This document shows positions 17,689 through 19,733 of a DNA stretch of 19,733 bases, piece after piece (the stretch's first letter is position 1; each line of letters begins with the position of its first letter). Location of the stretch: NCBI GenBank assembly GCA_963792415.1, contig CAWBVY010000003.1, positions 1-19,733 of the forward strand. Direction: 5' to 3'. The stretch comes from Candidatus Deferrimicrobiaceae bacterium (lineage in GTDB: Bacteria; Desulfobacterota; Deferrimicrobia; Deferrimicrobiales; Deferrimicrobiaceae). The translations under genes and the position numbers were made by a program. A model generated the notes under the pieces. That model saw only the letters and a list, made by a program, of their open reading frames with translations. It ran no database searches and had not been told where the DNA came from.

Positions 17689-19733
17689 CTACTTCTTGTC
17701 CATGAGGACCACGCCGTCCCAAGGTTCCACGGGGGGAGTGGTCGCGGAGCACGCCGCACAGGCTTATGTAATAGCGCGAAGGCTCGTCCTCTTCCAGCGC
17801 TTCCCACGGCCCATTGGAATTTTTCCTTCGCTTCCTCCCAGGATTTCTGCTTGAAGGCGGCAAGGGCCTCGGCGAATACCCGGCACCCCTCGCACTGTTT
17901 TACCGTCCGCCTCTTCCAGGCGGCAGATCAGCTCGTGATCGCGATCGGCAAGGTTTTTCCTTTTCAACCGGAACGACCCGAGCTCCCTCATCAACCAGCG
18001 GCCCAGCTGGTCTATCGCCTCGGAGGACACCAGGACGCGCGTTCCCAGGTGCTTGTTCATCCCCTCGATCCGCGACGCCGTGTTGACGATGTCCCCCATG
18101 ACGGAGTGCTGGTGATGGTCGCCGCCGATGTTCCCGGAGGAGATCTCCCCGTAATGCAGGCCGATCCGGGTATTGAGGCGGTGGAGATCAATGACCCGTG
18201 CCGCCGGTGCGCGGCGGCGATGTCGATCACCGCGAGGCACGCCTTGTCCCGAAGGGCCGCGTGGGTGTCGCCGAGACCCAGATCGCCAGCATGGAGTCCC
18301 CGGCGAGGTTCGATCCAACGCCGCCGTGCTCCTTACCGGCCGGCCGGGAACGATGATTTCGTAGATCCCGACCTACATCGAACACGCCGATGGCCTTGGG
18401 ATCCAGTGGTACGACAAGTGATCGGGGATCGCCTCCACGTACATCGACCAGGCAGCCCCCGTGACCGGACTCGCTGACGGCGCCCAGGACTCCCGGGTTT
18501 ATCCGCCGGCTCACTGGACCCCAAGCCTTTGGGGAGGTAATACTGGAAGGCCTTCAGGACCTTCTCCCTGCCTCCTTCCTTCATGTCGTGGTTTTCCCGT
18601 GCACCCTCGCAAAAACACACAGCAGAGACTGGAAAAGACCAGGATCCCCAGGGGACACAGAGGTTGGCCGGTCTCCAACTGAACCACGCGAGGGCGAGAT
18701 AGAGGCACGCTCAGCCAGGCACAATGCCCAGCACCGCGATCCCAATATGGAAATACCTGCCGAGGAACCCCATGACCACGCCCCAGAGGACAACGATGGA
18801 GACCCGGGGAAGCAGCCCGAGCCGCTTCACCAATGATGGTCCAGGATGTTGGAGAATGGGTGGCGAGGCCCCACCCCGCCGATGAAGATTCCGTTGCCTG
18901 GGAGAGCACCGTGCAGAGCTGTCTTTCACTTTGCTCCGCCGCATCGCCCCTCCGACAGCCCCACGAAGACGGCCTTCTCCTTCAGGTCGATCTTCCGGCC
19001 TCCCGCCACCCGTCGCGGTCTGGAGCACCTGGTGATACGCAACTCGTCGTGATTGCTTCGAGGTCTGCCAGGTAGGCTAGTTGTGAACCAGTTGTTCGAC
19101 CCCTCGTAAATTGGCAGAAGGGCGTGGACCAGCCGGATGTTCCTGCATCGCCGGCGAATGCCTTCGAACTCTCCAGCTCCTTCCGGATCTTCTCGCGATC
19201 GAGGGATCCCTTGAGAACACCTCCCGATCTTCTTCATCACCTCCCGCACGGATCCTTCCCCGATGGCCGCCGACAGTCGCGGGGGAACTTCCCTCGCCTC
19301 CGCCGGGCTCGCCTTCTCGAGCAGGCGGATGAAATCCCCGTAGGCCGTCGCCCCGTAGATCGGAGCATCACCATCGGAACGGAGGGAGAGTCCCCTGCGC
19401 CCGGCTCGAACGTGAAGAACTGGCTCACCCGGAAAGGGATCCGGGGAAGCGTGAACGGCGCCGTGGCCGCGGCGGCATCTGGAGAAGAGCTCGATCGGCG
19501 GCACCACCTTGACGAGACGGTTGCGCTTGCCGGAGGACTCGGAAGACCCATCCACGTCCGGCCAGAAGGATGTCCTTGGTCCGGATCGGCTCGGTGAGGA
19601 CGACGTTTCGCGCCTTTTTCATCGCTTCCGCGAACGCGATGTCGTCCTTTGCCACCCGCGGCTCGATGAAATGGAGGTCGAAGGAAACGACCCTGGCGCC
19701 TTCCCGGGCCAGGATTTCCGCTACAGGCGCGCA
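17689..19733 (-). CDS. CHASE2-domain class III adenylate/guanylate cyclase (5' end beyond the window; heavily frameshifted)
   Basis: GARVVSFDLHF..P..DDIAFAEAMKKARNVVL and KAVFVG (CHASE2); TM segments; FQYYLP; GDSMLAIW; RIGLHYGE..GNIGG; GDIVNTASRIEGMNK; C-terminal GVVLMDKK*. Confidence 0.88.

Noticed and set aside
10916-19733. Pycsar/CBASS-type anti-phage system (cyclase plus cNMP membrane effector plus MBL protein)
   Set aside because: The cyclase is a membrane CHASE2 sensor type, the MBL protein has class II PDE motifs and no cNMP domain, and most of the locus has host-like GC, so signalling is more parsimonious. Not fully excluded.
1-19733. CRISPR array, rRNA or IS element
   Set aside because: No regularly spaced repeats, rRNA-like sequence or transposase motifs were seen by eye.

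Overview
GC-rich bacterial DNA; the gene set and style suggest a deltaproteobacterium-like organism (inference only). Left part (1-4864): tRNA-Thr(CGT) with a sigma70 promoter, then a 4.7 kb decayed integrative island. The island is bounded by a 45-bp degenerate copy of the tRNA 3' half at 4820-4864. It carries a dead tyrosine integrase, an Ig-like gene fragment, a secreted beta-propeller protein behind a full sigma54/IHF/enhancer promoter, a lipoprotein and small hypothetical genes. Three of the small genes (two inside the island, one just outside) are unannotated paralogues sharing a VY-x12-G-x3-ERRxxxR-x(1,2)-NN motif. Middle (5389-9017): ybaK, an HSDL2/AtuG-like SDR, hemerythrin, a CopZ-like chaperone and a YbjT-like SDR. 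Right (9105-19733): an apparently self-contained cyclic-nucleotide module. It comprises a CHASE2 class III cyclase, a FecR-TPR-beta-barrel outer-membrane protein, a low-GC secreted protein, a cNMP-domain MscS channel, an MBL-fold phosphodiesterase and an FAD oxidoreductase apparently fused to a cNMP domain. Frameshifts rise steeply toward the right end, most likely long-read/low-coverage indel errors, so gene boundaries and residues there are approximate.
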